Source: Candidatus Poribacteria bacterium (GTDB taxonomy: Bacteria > Poribacteria > WGA-4E > WGA-3G). From it: a stretch of 64,000 nt of DNA. The stretch's first letter is position 1. Each line of letters begins with the position of its first letter. The DNA is taken from contig CAXXUA010000005.1 in assembly GCA_963663765.2 (NCBI GenBank), forward strand, positions 32,001-96,000, read 5' to 3'. Made by a program: the position numbers and the translations under genes. A model generated the notes under the pieces. The model searched no databases, was not told the origin of the DNA, and saw only the letters and a program-made list of their open reading frames with translations. Positions 8,307-18,592 of this stretch are shown here, in pieces.

Positions 8307-9083
8307 ATGTCAAAACAATTACAGTGGGCAATAGGCGGACTCGCGCTACTTATAGTGGGTTTCGTCGCTTTTCAAATCTATTTGCACATAGACTTGAAAA
8401 ATTTTAAGGACGGTATTAACGGGTCGCCGAAAATAGAAACTGAAGCACCAACAACGCCAAACGTTGTTAGTGAAGAAAAACCTGAAGATGTTCCCGGCTT
8501 CAAATGGGTGCGACATGGCGACCACTGGAACAAAATGCCGATCAGTAAACCGGATGTACTTGTTGAGCATCCGGTTGTGGTGAAACCGCCATTTCCTCCC
8601 AAAACAGAGCCAAAACCGCAACCGAAGATTAAGCAGTTGTATACTGGTCCCTTAACCTATCACGAGGAATTATTGAAGACGAATCCCGCGAAAGCATTCC
8701 GTTTACAACAAGAAGAACGTGGACACTGGAGCTCACAATGGATACCGCCATTCCCGACCGATGACGAAGAAGCTCAGACGTATGCCAAAGCGCGTTATCT
8801 TTTCCATTACTATCAAAGCATAGGGGATACTGGGAATCCTGAATATGAAAAAGCATCGAGTATTTGTGTTTCAATGGTAGATACTATTATGAGTTATCCA
8901 TTTGGCGCGCGCGCGTGCGATTTGTTGAAATTGACATGGCCGAACCTTCGTGAACCAAGAGTACATTCTATTAGCACGCCATCAGACTATTTTCCAAACT
9001 ACCACACAGAGAAGGGACTTGAATTGCTAAAACCCTACATGCAGAACCTTCTCGACCATCGCCAAACACAAACCGACAAATAA
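8307..9083 (+). CDS. Membrane-anchored hypothetical protein (HGDHW motif)
   Basis: Strong RBS AGGAGG; N-terminal TM helix; Pro-rich linker. Confidence 0.8.
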   Translation: MSKQLQWAIGGLALLIVGFVAFQIYLHIDLKNFKDGINGSPKIETEAPTTPNVVSEEKPEDVPGFKWVRHGDHWNKMPISKPDVLVEHPVVVKPPFPPKTEPKPQPKIKQLYTGPLTYHEELLKTNPAKAFRLQQEERGHWSSQWIPPFPTDDEEAQTYAKARYLFHYYQSIGDTGNPEYEKASSICVSMVDTIMSYPFGARACDLLKLTWPNLREPRVHSISTPSDYFPNYHTEKGLELLKPYMQNLLDHRQTQTDK

Positions 9084-9155
9084 TAAGGAGGTATTTCAAA
9101 TGTTTACAAGAAGTTTAGTTTTTATCATTTTACACTATCAAAGGAGATATTCCTA

Positions 9156-9495
9156 ATGTTGAAAAAAATAATGTGTCTGACGTTCACTGTTTTTGTTCTC
9201 TCTCTTTTCACGTATCAAAACGTGTACCACGCCCACGAGAATGAGAACCCTGAAATATTCACAGGACATACAAAAACCAGAAATGCATGGAAGACAGCAG
9301 AAAAGGCGACGGATGCCAAAAAAGACATCATGACCAATCAGCTCCTTATTTTTCGGGTGTTAAAAGCTCAGTGGAAAAACTGAACGCCGTTTGGGATTCA
9401 CACTAGCAAAAGCTTGCCGATGGTAAAAAAGCAACGGCAAAGAATCTTACGAGTGCCTTCATCACTCTGGTAGGTGCCATCACAACAGGGGGACC
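9156..9495 (+). pseudogene. Disrupted secreted-protein gene, truncated at the prophage fragment
   Basis: RBS AAGGAG and signal peptide; stop at 9383, with a plausible continuation in another frame (QKLADGKKATAKNLTSAFITLVGAITTGG). Confidence 0.5.
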
Positions 9496-10099
9496 TCCAT
9501 TGCCCATAGTGCCACACCCTACCCCGCTTCGCATCGTCCTGCTTCTGAAAACGCACCCAAATCGGGTCTCGCACCAGCAAATCAACCGGCTCTAATAAAC
9601 CACCGCCTACACTATCAAACACCATCTCAGCGAAAAGCGACCCACGCGTGAAAAGACCAGAGACTGCCTGCGCAACAATCGTGTCAAATCCACCATAGTA
9701 GTTGATGAACATCTCCATCCAACGATCAACAGCTTCAATCGTCCTGGTGTCCTCTGGATTGTCAAATTCAAACCAGAAGTATGGATTGACGAATCTGTTC
9801 GCATGCCAAAGCGACAAGTTCGCTTCTGGTGAAATGCTGATGATGATGTCCACAAGCGGAACAAGATCATCGTAAGTCTTGCGAGCAAGGACACCCACGG
9901 AGTTCGGAAACGAACACATATACAGATTGAACCGTTCAAACCCAAACCTTGTCTTTCCTGTGCCGTAGGGGCCACCGATCATCATATTCCGATGTCGTGC
10001 TGCCCATGCTTTCCGCAAATTGCCACAAGGCAAATACCCATCAGGACTAAACGCTATCGCTGGTGTCTTCGGTATCGCCTTCTTTTTTCTTGCCATCAT
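9398..10099 (-). pseudogene. Phage terminase large-subunit N-terminus fused to a probable portal fragment
   Basis: Walker A GGPYGTGKT and LARKTY motif; no Walker B or nuclease domain; downstream GSLFAEMVFD...DPIWVRF is portal-like. Confidence 0.65.
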
Positions 10100-10565
10100 T
10101 CACAGATCCACGCACAAACTCTGTTAGTAGTTGCGCATTTCCTCCACCACAATCAGACAAGTTCACGACAACGACTTGAACAGACTGCCTTGCACTTTCT
10201 CCACCTTCAATCTCAGCATCACGATAGAACGGATCTTGTATCTTGAGCAACCACTGGAACGCACGGATGTCTTCCTTCTTCTCCGCGATTTCGCGTATCC
10301 TGGCCAGATACCCAGCTTCCACAGTTGTGCGAGCAACCTCCACACGAAAATACAACTCCAACTCCCGTTTCTGTTTGGGATTGAGATCGCCTTTCTTTAT
10401 CTTTCCATCTTCAAGCTGTTTCTGGTGGTCTTCCCCATCTCTCAACCAATTCCGAAGCGTTTGATAAGTAATCCCAGAATAGGCTGCAATGCGATACAGC
10501 GGGAGTTTAGACACCTCCACAGCAGTCACGATTCGTTCTACGATAGTCGCCGTAAGTTTAATCAT
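10047..10565 (-). CDS. Putative phage terminase small subunit (HTH)
   Basis: IAAYSGITYQTLRNWL HTH and AFQWLL helix; lies directly upstream of the terminase fragment. Confidence 0.65.
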   Translation of the reverse strand: MIKLTATIVERIVTAVEVSKLPLYRIAAYSGITYQTLRNWLRDGEDHQKQLEDGKIKKGDLNPKQKRELELYFRVEVARTTVEAGYLARIREIAEKKEDIRAFQWLLKIQDPFYRDAEIEGGESARQSVQVVVVNLSDCGGGNAQLLTEFVRGSVNDGKKKEGDTEDTSDSV

Positions 10566-10581
10566 GATTATATTAAAGCAC

Positions 10582-10608
10582 AAAAAAAGCCGCCAATGCA
10601 TGGCAGCT
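10582..10608 (-). terminator. Intrinsic terminator
   Basis: Minus strand AGCTGCCA-TGCAT-TGGCGGCT followed by a T run. Confidence 0.6.
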
Positions 10609-10803
10609 CTGAATTCTGTTTTCACAACTATATTTTAGATACAATTATTTGATTTGGTGTTGCTTCTTCTGTTCAGTATTGTTCCAAACACCATCATTAT
10701 GAACATATTAAGACTTTTTATTATATATACTTTATTTTATTGATTAATATTGCCTGATATGTTATTCTATTCTGCTGTTCAATTTATTATAAGGAGATAT
10801 TCA

Positions 10804-11382
10804 ATGTTAAAAACACCATTTATATACATATTAGTGTTCACAATCATGTTTTCAATGGGATGTGGCACCGATGTAAAACCCAATTATTTTATAGGCATGT
10901 TCCGAAATGCAAATGATATAGATCGCCTTTCTGGTTGCTTGTCCGAGATACCTCAAATAGATGAAGACGGCAATATCGTAATCACAGCAGATCAACAATG
11001 CCTTATAGATTTATCAAACCAAGACACAACTGATCCAAATCAAAATGTCACCTTTACTGAAATATTAAATGATCCTGAAGCATACTTAGACAGAATAGTA
11101 ACCTTTGAAGCAACCTTAAAAAAAGTAGATTATGGTTCTACCTTTCATTTATATACCAATAGAAACCTAATGGATTTTGTGATTACCTCTCATGGTGCTG
11201 ATATATTTACATTAGATGAAAATGGAGAAGAAGTTGAACTTTATAGAAATCAGCAATATGAATTCACTACTAGAATTTACGAAATAAAAATTAATGATAA
11301 CAAGATTTGGGAAATTAAGGCTGAATTTATTATTACTGAAAATAAAGAGGTAATTCACCAACCTGTGCCGATAACAGAATAA
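10804..11382 (+). CDS. AT-rich lipoprotein, possible OB-fold
   Basis: RBS AAGGAG; lipobox FSMGC; ILNDPEAYLDRIVTFEA resembles OB-fold starts. Confidence 0.75.
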   Translation: MLKTPFIYILVFTIMFSMGCGTDVKPNYFIGMFRNANDIDRLSGCLSEIPQIDEDGNIVITADQQCLIDLSNQDTTDPNQNVTFTEILNDPEAYLDRIVTFEATLKKVDYGSTFHLYTNRNLMDFVITSHGADIFTLDENGEEVELYRNQQYEFTTRIYEIKINDNKIWEIKAEFIITENKEVIHQPVPITE

Positions 11383-11474
11383 TAAAGACTATAGCTACCA
11401 ATCCGTGTTAATATAGAGGTGTATTCGTTTGCACCTCTATATTCTATTGTGCCAATGGATCTATTCCTGTTTAC

Positions 11475-11702
11475 TCACACCAACCCCTCCACCCCAACAA
11501 TAGGCGGATACACCTCCCACTCCGAAAAATCCCGCTGCCACACCGCCTCAATCGTTTCATCCGTTCCGGGAATCTTGTGCTGGTTCTGCGGAAACACCGA
11601 AAACACCACATGCTTAAAAGCTGAACCCTCCCGATGCTTCTTCACTGGACAAAACGGATTATGATTAGCATACGGTATAGTCGTATCGGCACACATAGTC
11701 AA
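11475..11702 (-). CDS. Small phage-like hypothetical protein
   Basis: ATGA overlap with the upstream ORF; same strand as the terminase genes. Confidence 0.5.
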   Translation of the reverse strand: MTMCADTTIPYANHNPFCPVKKHREGSAFKHVVFSVFPQNQHKIPGTDETIEAVWQRDFSEWEVYPPIVGVEGLV

Positions 11703-11989
11703 AAGATCCCATTTCGCTTTTTCCGCTCATAAACCAATATCCGACGGTCTATGTCCTCACGTTCTTCCCACTTGCGAACAAATTGAAACCATACAAGTTT
11801 AGCAGCAGGATGTATCTCTTCATGAATACCAAAGACAGCATGCTCATGGTCTGCTGCCCATACTAATACCTTGTCGTCAAGATACGGTTCAAGCGACCAA
11901 TTTGGGAGTTGTATGTGTTTATCCAATGTCTTCTTTTTTGTTGGTAGGGTACTAAAATTGAAATAGACGCAGACATACATAAAACCCAT
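11699..11989 (-). CDS. Small phage-like hypothetical protein (start uncertain)
   Basis: 96-aa ORF translationally coupled to the next ORF. Confidence 0.5.
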   Translation of the reverse strand: MGFMYVCVYFNFSTLPTKKKTLDKHIQLPNWSLEPYLDDKVLVWAADHEHAVFGIHEEIHPAAKLVWFQFVRKWEEREDIDRRILVYERKKRNGIF

Positions 11990-12112
11990 TGCCTACGCCA
12001 TTGATACCACATGCCAGATATTCACTTTTTTAGGTTTTTAGAAGTTACCTCTCTGCTTTTTTTAGGTGTTCAGCCACAATGGGGTACTAAAATTAAAATA
12101 GACGCAGACATA
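11947..12112. repeat. 31-bp direct repeat pair
   Basis: GGGTACTAAAATT(G/A)AAATAGACGCAGACATA at 11947-11977 and 12082-12112. Confidence 0.9.
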
Positions 12113-12350
12113 TCAAGTTTTCATTAAAACATTGCAGATTTCTTTGAAAAAGAATTCGGAATTGGTAAAAATAAATTCAATGGCAACTGTCATGAATAAC
12201 TGCAATACGCTAATAGGTCTCTCGGTTTTAGAAGACCAGAAGTCATCCAAAGCAAAACAGTTGACATTATCTTGTAAATTTGCTAATCTTGTTTAACCAC
12301 ATCAGTGATATTACACAACTATGAATAACATCTCAATAGGAGCAAGATCC

Positions 12351-14183
12351 ATGAAAAACAGATTGTATGTAATTCTTCTATCATTTCTTATGTTGGTTAC
12401 TTTATCAACAAGCTGCTTCGCTTATGGTATATGGACAATTTATGAGATCAAATACTCTCCTGATGGTAAAAAACTCGCGATATGGGATTATAAAGACATT
12501 TTACTTTACGATACACAGACAGGTCTGGAACTTGAGAACTTTTTTGCTTCACCTATAGGAATTACCTCTATAGCGTTCAGTCCAGATAGTAAAATACTTG
12601 CCACAGGGAATAGGGATAAGACAATTCGTTTGTGGGATACTGGTGATGCAGACAACGGTATCGGTTTGCGGAAACTAATAGGAAATGTAGATGTTTTTAA
12701 GGGACATAAGGATAGTGTTACAAATATAGCATTCAGTCCAGATGGCAAAAAACTTGCAAGTGGAAGTTCGGATAAAACCGTCCGCTTATGGGATGTGGAA
12801 ACAGGTAAACAGCTGCATACCCTCAAAGGACATCGAGAAAACGTTATGTGCCTCGCGTTTAGTCCAGATGGAAATACAATCGCTGTAGGTCATTGGGGAG
12901 GAGTGTATCTGTGGGATGCAAACTCAGGCAAACGACACCGAAAAATCAACCAACTCCCAATACATAAAAAGGATACAGCTTCAGTTAACAGTATTGCGTT
13001 TAGTCCAGATGGAAATACAATCGTTACTGGCAATTCCGACAATTCTTTCTACTTGTGGGATTCTAATACAGGAAAACTAATCCATACACTTAGTCAAACG
13101 CAGATAGATACACAGAATTACAGAATAGTGCAAAAAACTTATTTTTCTCGTCCAGTCAAATCAAAACCGGTTTGGGACAGCAGTGTTGCGTTTAGTCCTG
13201 ATGGGAACACAATAGCTACTGGGACTCGTAGTGGTGTTGATTTGTTTGATGCAAAGTCTGGACAAAAAAACCAAATATTCCAACGACGTATTTGTTCAGT
13301 CAGAAGTATTGCCTTTAGTCCAGATGGAAACACAATTGCCCTGAGTGGTTCGGATAATTTATTGATGTTTGATATGAACACCGGACAAGAAATCACGCTT
13401 CCCTTTAGTATCGTAAAATGTGTTTATAGTGTAGGGTTTACTCCTAAAGGCAGTATGGTTGCAAGTGGGTACGTTAATAATACTCTTCGTCTGTGGGATG
13501 TGGATACAGGTAAAGTGTTATTCACAGCACCTGCAGATTGGAGATCGTTTAGTAAAACTGCTACACTTAGTCCAGATAGCAAAACTCTTGCAATAGTAAG
13601 TTATAACAATACCGTTGAAGTGTGGGATACAAGAACAAAACAGATACTTGGTGTGCTTCCTAAACATAGGGATGATATCAACAGCATTGCGTTCAGTGCA
13701 GATAGCAAAACTCTTGTAAGTGCCAGTCGCTGGGAAGTCACTTATTGGGATGTGAACACAGGAAAAATGATCAATTCCTTCAAGCAACTCCAAAGACGCG
13801 ATTCAATTACAAGCGTCGCGTTCAGTTGGAATGGAAAGATGATCGTTACAGGAAGTTCTAACGGTACCATACGTCTTAGGGATGCAAATTCTGGTGAACA
13901 GATACGAATGTTTAGAATAAAACAGAACGTCCGGATAAATTGTATTGCGTTTAGTCCGGATAACAAAACAATCGTTACGGGTGGAAATGACGAAAACCTG
14001 CTACTGTATGATACGAATTCAGGAAAACATATCAGAACGATTAAAGAACATCAGAGATATATAAACAGCGTAGCATTCAGTGCAGATGGAAAAAGTATCG
14101 TTAGCACAAGTAAAGATGAAATCTATCTTTGGGATGCCAACACTGGACAAGAAATCCAGACTTCACTTAGCTTACAACCCTAA
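12351..14183 (+). CDS. Secreted WD40-repeat protein
   Basis: Signal peptide; many AFSPDG...LWD repeats; RBS AGGAG; TTGACA-17-TAATCT at 12261-12289. Confidence 0.92.
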   Translation: MKNRLYVILLSFLMLVTLSTSCFAYGIWTIYEIKYSPDGKKLAIWDYKDILLYDTQTGLELENFFASPIGITSIAFSPDSKILATGNRDKTIRLWDTGDADNGIGLRKLIGNVDVFKGHKDSVTNIAFSPDGKKLASGSSDKTVRLWDVETGKQLHTLKGHRENVMCLAFSPDGNTIAVGHWGGVYLWDANSGKRHRKINQLPIHKKDTASVNSIAFSPDGNTIVTGNSDNSFYLWDSNTGKLIHTLSQTQIDTQNYRIVQKTYFSRPVKSKPVWDSSVAFSPDGNTIATGTRSGVDLFDAKSGQKNQIFQRRICSVRSIAFSPDGNTIALSGSDNLLMFDMNTGQEITLPFSIVKCVYSVGFTPKGSMVASGYVNNTLRLWDVDTGKVLFTAPADWRSFSKTATLSPDSKTLAIVSYNNTVEVWDTRTKQILGVLPKHRDDINSIAFSADSKTLVSASRWEVTYWDVNTGKMINSFKQLQRRDSITSVAFSWNGKMIVTGSSNGTIRLRDANSGEQIRMFRIKQNVRINCIAFSPDNKTIVTGGNDENLLLYDTNSGKHIRTIKEHQRYINSVAFSADGKSIVSTSKDEIYLWDANTGQEIQTSLSLQP

Positions 14184-14206
14184 AATGTACAATAATGAAT
14201 TCTAAA

Positions 14207-14328
14207 CAGGACTTACGCAGTATTCTTGATCAAATCAAGAATTATGATGAAAACGATGTCCGTATCAGCATTATTATTGGTTTCCAACGCTCTTACAAAG
14301 TTCGTCTACTGTTTTTGCGTAAGTCCTG
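14207..14328. mobile_element. MITE family A, copy 4 (diverged)
   Basis: TIRs; imperfect TSD CTAAA/CTAAT. Confidence 0.85.
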
Positions 14329-14404
14329 CTAATGAACTGTCGTAAATCCAATATCTCACCGAATCACAATTGAAGAAACCACAACCAAATACCGTTTAAA
14401 ATCA

Positions 14405-17113
14405 ATGTCAATACAAATCCAAAATAGACTTACTGAATTTATTCCAAACCTGAACATTTCACAAGATGTTTTGCAAAAACAGTTAGCTGCGTTCATTCAA
14501 TCTGAACGGGAACGGCTCAAGACAAGCATCTTAGCAGGAGAGAGCGGATTCCCCGCGTGTGCTACACACACACAGATATGGGACGCTGTGATCCAAAAAG
14601 TATATGAAGCTTCTGCGTTTCAGATACAAGACGAATACGCAAAACAGATTGAGGAACTGCTAAAAATACCAGGAATTGATTACAGTGATTTCTCAGAGAG
14701 CACACCGGACGAATGGTCGCCTGATATTTCACTGTACGCTGTAGGAAGTTATGGTAGAAACGAGCTCTGCTACTATTCAGATGTGGACGTAGTCTATACC
14801 TCTTCTGTTGACCTTGAGGAAGTCTACGATGAAGGCACTCTTGAACTCATCAGATGGTACTACGACTTTTTTGACAGTTTACATACCATCATCCCAAACT
14901 TTGAATTTAGTTTCATTTACCGTCCAATGTCAGACATAGCAAAGTGGAACTATATGGACATGACAGCACTGATCGATATGCGATTTATTGTTGGAGACAC
15001 TTCGCTTACAGAAAAATTCCGTAAAGCGGTCTATTCTGAAAAATCTGACATCTCGCTTGTACTTGACCTTCTAAAATCAAAAGCGGATTCCTTCAAAGCC
15101 TCGGAAGATACAATCTACCTAAACCAACCGGATGTGAAAACAGGTCGTGGTGGGTTGCGGACACTTCAATATGCACTATGGATATGCGGACTGCCTCAGT
15201 TTACGCCAGTTCTGGAACTTTATGAACGTTATAATGACGAACAACTGATGCCTTCTCTTGATTTTATGTTCAAGGTGCGCAATTTGCTTCATGTGTTGGC
15301 AGACACACAACATGACTCGCTCTCTTTTCATCCGGAACACGGTGATAAACTTCAATCACAAATTGCTTCTGCAATCGGTTATACAGATGATTCTGAAGAT
15401 GGTCGTTATGACTTCATGATGGACTATTATGCAAAAGCTAAGTACTTGCATTTTAAAGCAGAACTACTGATACGAAAGTTCCTTGCAAACGGTATTCCAG
15501 TTTCAGATGTACTGGGTGTGAGAACTGACATCCTATATTGTATTGACAATAATTTCGGTGAGCTTGATACAGACGAACTTTTCAAACTTTTTACATATTT
15601 CCAACAATACGACTTTGAGATTGACCCGTCACTTGCTACCTTTATTTTTGCTTATGTGGACGCGTTTGACTGGGAACGTTTAACATCAAGAATGGCTGAA
15701 CTGCTAAACACATCTGGCAATGTTGAAAAGACATTAACACGACTACACAGACTCGGTATCTTATCACGACTTGGTGAAGGTGGCGAACGTTTTGAGAAAG
15801 CCATGCTCACACGAAGTGAACGCAGCCTTGACCCTTATACCGTTGGCAAACACACTCTTGTTTCAATAGGACACCTTGATGAGATTCGTAGAACTGAATC
15901 TGACAGTCCTTTCGGAGGACCTCGTTTCGGACAGCAGCTGGCACCTACAGCAAACTCAGAGTTAGAGGAATTGAACACTGCCTTCCGCACACTTGCTGAT
16001 CCGACACCACTATACATGGCACTATTTCTCCATGATATAGATAAACCGGATCCGGCACACCCACAGACTGGTGCAGAAAAGGCAAAACGCATCGCACCAG
16101 AATTCGGTTTCAACCCGCAACAGACAGATGACATCTGCTTCCTAATTCGGGAACACCTCAGCATGATTGACTTAGCACGTTATCATCAATGGGACGAGGC
16201 TACCATCTCAGAATTTTGCGAAAAAGTAAACTCATTGGAACGGCTAACCGCACTTTATCTCCTTACATACTGCGATTCAAAAGCGAACGGTTCACAAAAC
16301 TTTAGCAATCTGGTAAAACATAATCTCAAACGATTGTATGAAGTAGTTCGTGTGCGTTTCGTTGGACAAGAAGAATCTCAATGGGGTGTTTACGCACAAC
16401 CAGAAGTATTTCAACAGTTTCTACATCAGATGCCAGTTACCTATCGTATCAGTATTGCCCCTGAAGAGATCGCAATGCACATGAAGATGATTGCACAAGC
16501 AGAAACTACAACACCTGAAAAACAGGAACAAACAGCAAGTGCTGCCATCCTCCAATTCGTTGACAAAACAGGTTTTACGGAAATGCATCATTGTAGTCCC
16601 AGTCGGATTGGTAAGTTGCACACTGTGAGTGGTCTGTTCTTCGCAAATAACATTGATGTCCGTGATGCACGTGTTTACACAAAACAGGATACAAACGTCG
16701 AGCTGGAAATCTACCGACTTGTTCATCAACCACCGCATCATAGCGGAGAACCACTACCACTTGACGAAGAACTAAAACGGGATTTAGATTTTGACATCCG
16801 TAGCTTGATGGCGCAGGAGGTTACTCTTGAACAGATTTTTGAAAAACACTATGTAGACCCATCAGGAACATGGCGAGTAGATGATATCTCCGTAGAATCT
16901 GCAAGAAGTTACACTGAAATCGTTGTGACAGGTGAAGAAAAGGTCGGTTTCCTCCACTATTTAAGCGGTATTTTAGCTAAATTGGAATTGAACGTTGAAA
17001 TGTGTAAGTGTTCTGGGTTGGGTGGTCAAGCAATAGATCGGTTTTATGTACAACCTGTCGCTGATCATCAAAAAGTGCGCGACCAAATTTTAGCGGAGTT
17101 ACCAATTGAATAG
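14405..17113 (+). CDS. glnD: PII uridylyltransferase/uridylyl-removing enzyme-like
   Basis: NTase AVGSYGR...SDVD; DVKTGRGGLR; HD domain (YTVGKH, LHDIDK); two C-terminal ACT-like domains. Confidence 0.85.
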   Translation: MSIQIQNRLTEFIPNLNISQDVLQKQLAAFIQSERERLKTSILAGESGFPACATHTQIWDAVIQKVYEASAFQIQDEYAKQIEELLKIPGIDYSDFSESTPDEWSPDISLYAVGSYGRNELCYYSDVDVVYTSSVDLEEVYDEGTLELIRWYYDFFDSLHTIIPNFEFSFIYRPMSDIAKWNYMDMTALIDMRFIVGDTSLTEKFRKAVYSEKSDISLVLDLLKSKADSFKASEDTIYLNQPDVKTGRGGLRTLQYALWICGLPQFTPVLELYERYNDEQLMPSLDFMFKVRNLLHVLADTQHDSLSFHPEHGDKLQSQIASAIGYTDDSEDGRYDFMMDYYAKAKYLHFKAELLIRKFLANGIPVSDVLGVRTDILYCIDNNFGELDTDELFKLFTYFQQYDFEIDPSLATFIFAYVDAFDWERLTSRMAELLNTSGNVEKTLTRLHRLGILSRLGEGGERFEKAMLTRSERSLDPYTVGKHTLVSIGHLDEIRRTESDSPFGGPRFGQQLAPTANSELEELNTAFRTLADPTPLYMALFLHDIDKPDPAHPQTGAEKAKRIAPEFGFNPQQTDDICFLIREHLSMIDLARYHQWDEATISEFCEKVNSLERLTALYLLTYCDSKANGSQNFSNLVKHNLKRLYEVVRVRFVGQEESQWGVYAQPEVFQQFLHQMPVTYRISIAPEEIAMHMKMIAQAETTTPEKQEQTASAAILQFVDKTGFTEMHHCSPSRIGKLHTVSGLFFANNIDVRDARVYTKQDTNVELEIYRLVHQPPHHSGEPLPLDEELKRDLDFDIRSLMAQEVTLEQIFEKHYVDPSGTWRVDDISVESARSYTEIVVTGEEKVGFLHYLSGILAKLELNVEMCKCSGLGGQAIDRFYVQPVADHQKVRDQILAELPIE

Positions 17114-17119
17114 GAAACA

Positions 17120-17869
17120 ATGAAACAACGAGTACTTCTTACAGGTGCAGCGGGAACAGTCGGATCAACACTCTGGCAAGCATGGGAAAAGCAAGACAAC
17201 TACACATTAACCCTAACGGACATCAAGCCGATTGTGAATGCCACTTCTCGTGTGGAACAGGTTGACATTCGAGATTACGATGCAATGCAAGCGTTGTGCC
17301 AAGAACAAGATGTTTTGGTACATCTTGCCTATCTCCGTCACTATTCACTCGGTAAAATTCCTGATGAAGTGAACGACATCACCGTTTCAATGAACCTGTT
17401 TGATGCAGCCCGAGAAAGTGGTATTAAGAAGATTGTATACGCCAGCACAAACCATGTAACTGGATGGAACGAAAGAATAAGTTCACCACCAAAATTATCT
17501 ACTGGAGATCAGTTCCGTCCGGATGGTTGGTATGGCGCAATGAAGGGCATGGCAGAAATTGCGGGGAGATACCTTGTTGACGCACACGATATGCGATTTA
17601 TCAGCATCCGTATTGGGAGTTACAATGGCACCTCCGAACCGAAAGGGATTCGACACTGCAGCACACTCCTGACACCGCGCGACTGTGTACAACTATTCAG
17701 TTTAGCAGTGGATTGCAACGGTCCCGTCAAATACCTGATTACTTATGGACGTTCCGCAAATTCAAGTGGGTATCAGCAGAGTTACCTTGACATCAGGGGT
17801 GCCGTTGAGGTTTTAGGTTATAAACCAGAAGACAATTTAGTCAAGACACACCTTCATAAATTCTCCTAA
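17120..17869 (+). CDS. NAD-dependent epimerase/dehydratase (uronate dehydrogenase-like SDR)
   Basis: TGAAGTVG, YASTNH, YGAMK, IRIG motifs. Confidence 0.85.
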   Translation: MKQRVLLTGAAGTVGSTLWQAWEKQDNYTLTLTDIKPIVNATSRVEQVDIRDYDAMQALCQEQDVLVHLAYLRHYSLGKIPDEVNDITVSMNLFDAARESGIKKIVYASTNHVTGWNERISSPPKLSTGDQFRPDGWYGAMKGMAEIAGRYLVDAHDMRFISIRIGSYNGTSEPKGIRHCSTLLTPRDCVQLFSLAVDCNGPVKYLITYGRSANSSGYQQSYLDIRGAVEVLGYKPEDNLVKTHLHKFS

Positions 17870-17877
17870 AGCAAACC

Positions 17878-18588
17878 ATGAATGCAGAACCTCGTTACAA
17901 CGATATATATTATAAACGCACAACATACCACTCACAGATCATTGATCCTGTTGATGGACATACAATCGGTTTACAAGAAATCACATCTCCGATTGACTGG
18001 CCGACTCTATTTGACAATTCACATCCAATTGAAATTGAGATTGGGTTCGGTAAAGGTAGGTTTTTGTTTGAAGCGTCAAGGTTATTTCCTCACGTAAACT
18101 ATATTGGCGTGGAACGCGCGCAAAAGTATGTAAAACTAACGAAAGAACGGTTTGCCAAATACATGCAGCATTTTTCGCTGGATAAAAAATCGGGGATATT
18201 TAAGAACGTTCGCCTTGCTTGGACTGATGCGAATTTCTTTTTGACAAGATATGTACCTGATCAATCCGTGCAAGCCTATCATATCTATTTCCCTGACCCG
18301 TGGCCAAAAGCACGTCAGCAGAAACGCAGAATCTTTCGAAATAAAGATTTCTTGACAGCAATCGACAAAACACTTACGCTTGATGGTGGTAGATTGTACG
18401 TGGTAACTGACTATGCAGAGTATTATAGTGAGATACAGGAACGAATTGCACAACATACGTCTTTACAACGTGTCGTGCTGAAATCAAATGAATATAAACA
18501 AATTACAACCAATTTTGAAATGAAGTATCAATCAGAAGGTAGAAAAATCTATCGCGCGGTCTATGAAAATCTCAATAAAATAAGGTGA
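17878..18588 (+). CDS. trmB: tRNA (guanine-N7)-methyltransferase
   Basis: EIGFGKG, FPDPWPK, TDY, TNFE motifs. Confidence 0.93.
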   Translation: MNAEPRYNDIYYKRTTYHSQIIDPVDGHTIGLQEITSPIDWPTLFDNSHPIEIEIGFGKGRFLFEASRLFPHVNYIGVERAQKYVKLTKERFAKYMQHFSLDKKSGIFKNVRLAWTDANFFLTRYVPDQSVQAYHIYFPDPWPKARQQKRRIFRNKDFLTAIDKTLTLDGGRLYVVTDYAEYYSEIQERIAQHTSLQRVVLKSNEYKQITTNFEMKYQSEGRKIYRAVYENLNKIR

Positions 18589-18592
18589 TATA

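Noticed and set aside
9381-9383. Selenocysteine or readthrough at TGA
   Set aside because: The plausible continuation is in another frame and has its own stop; pseudogene decay is the simpler explanation.
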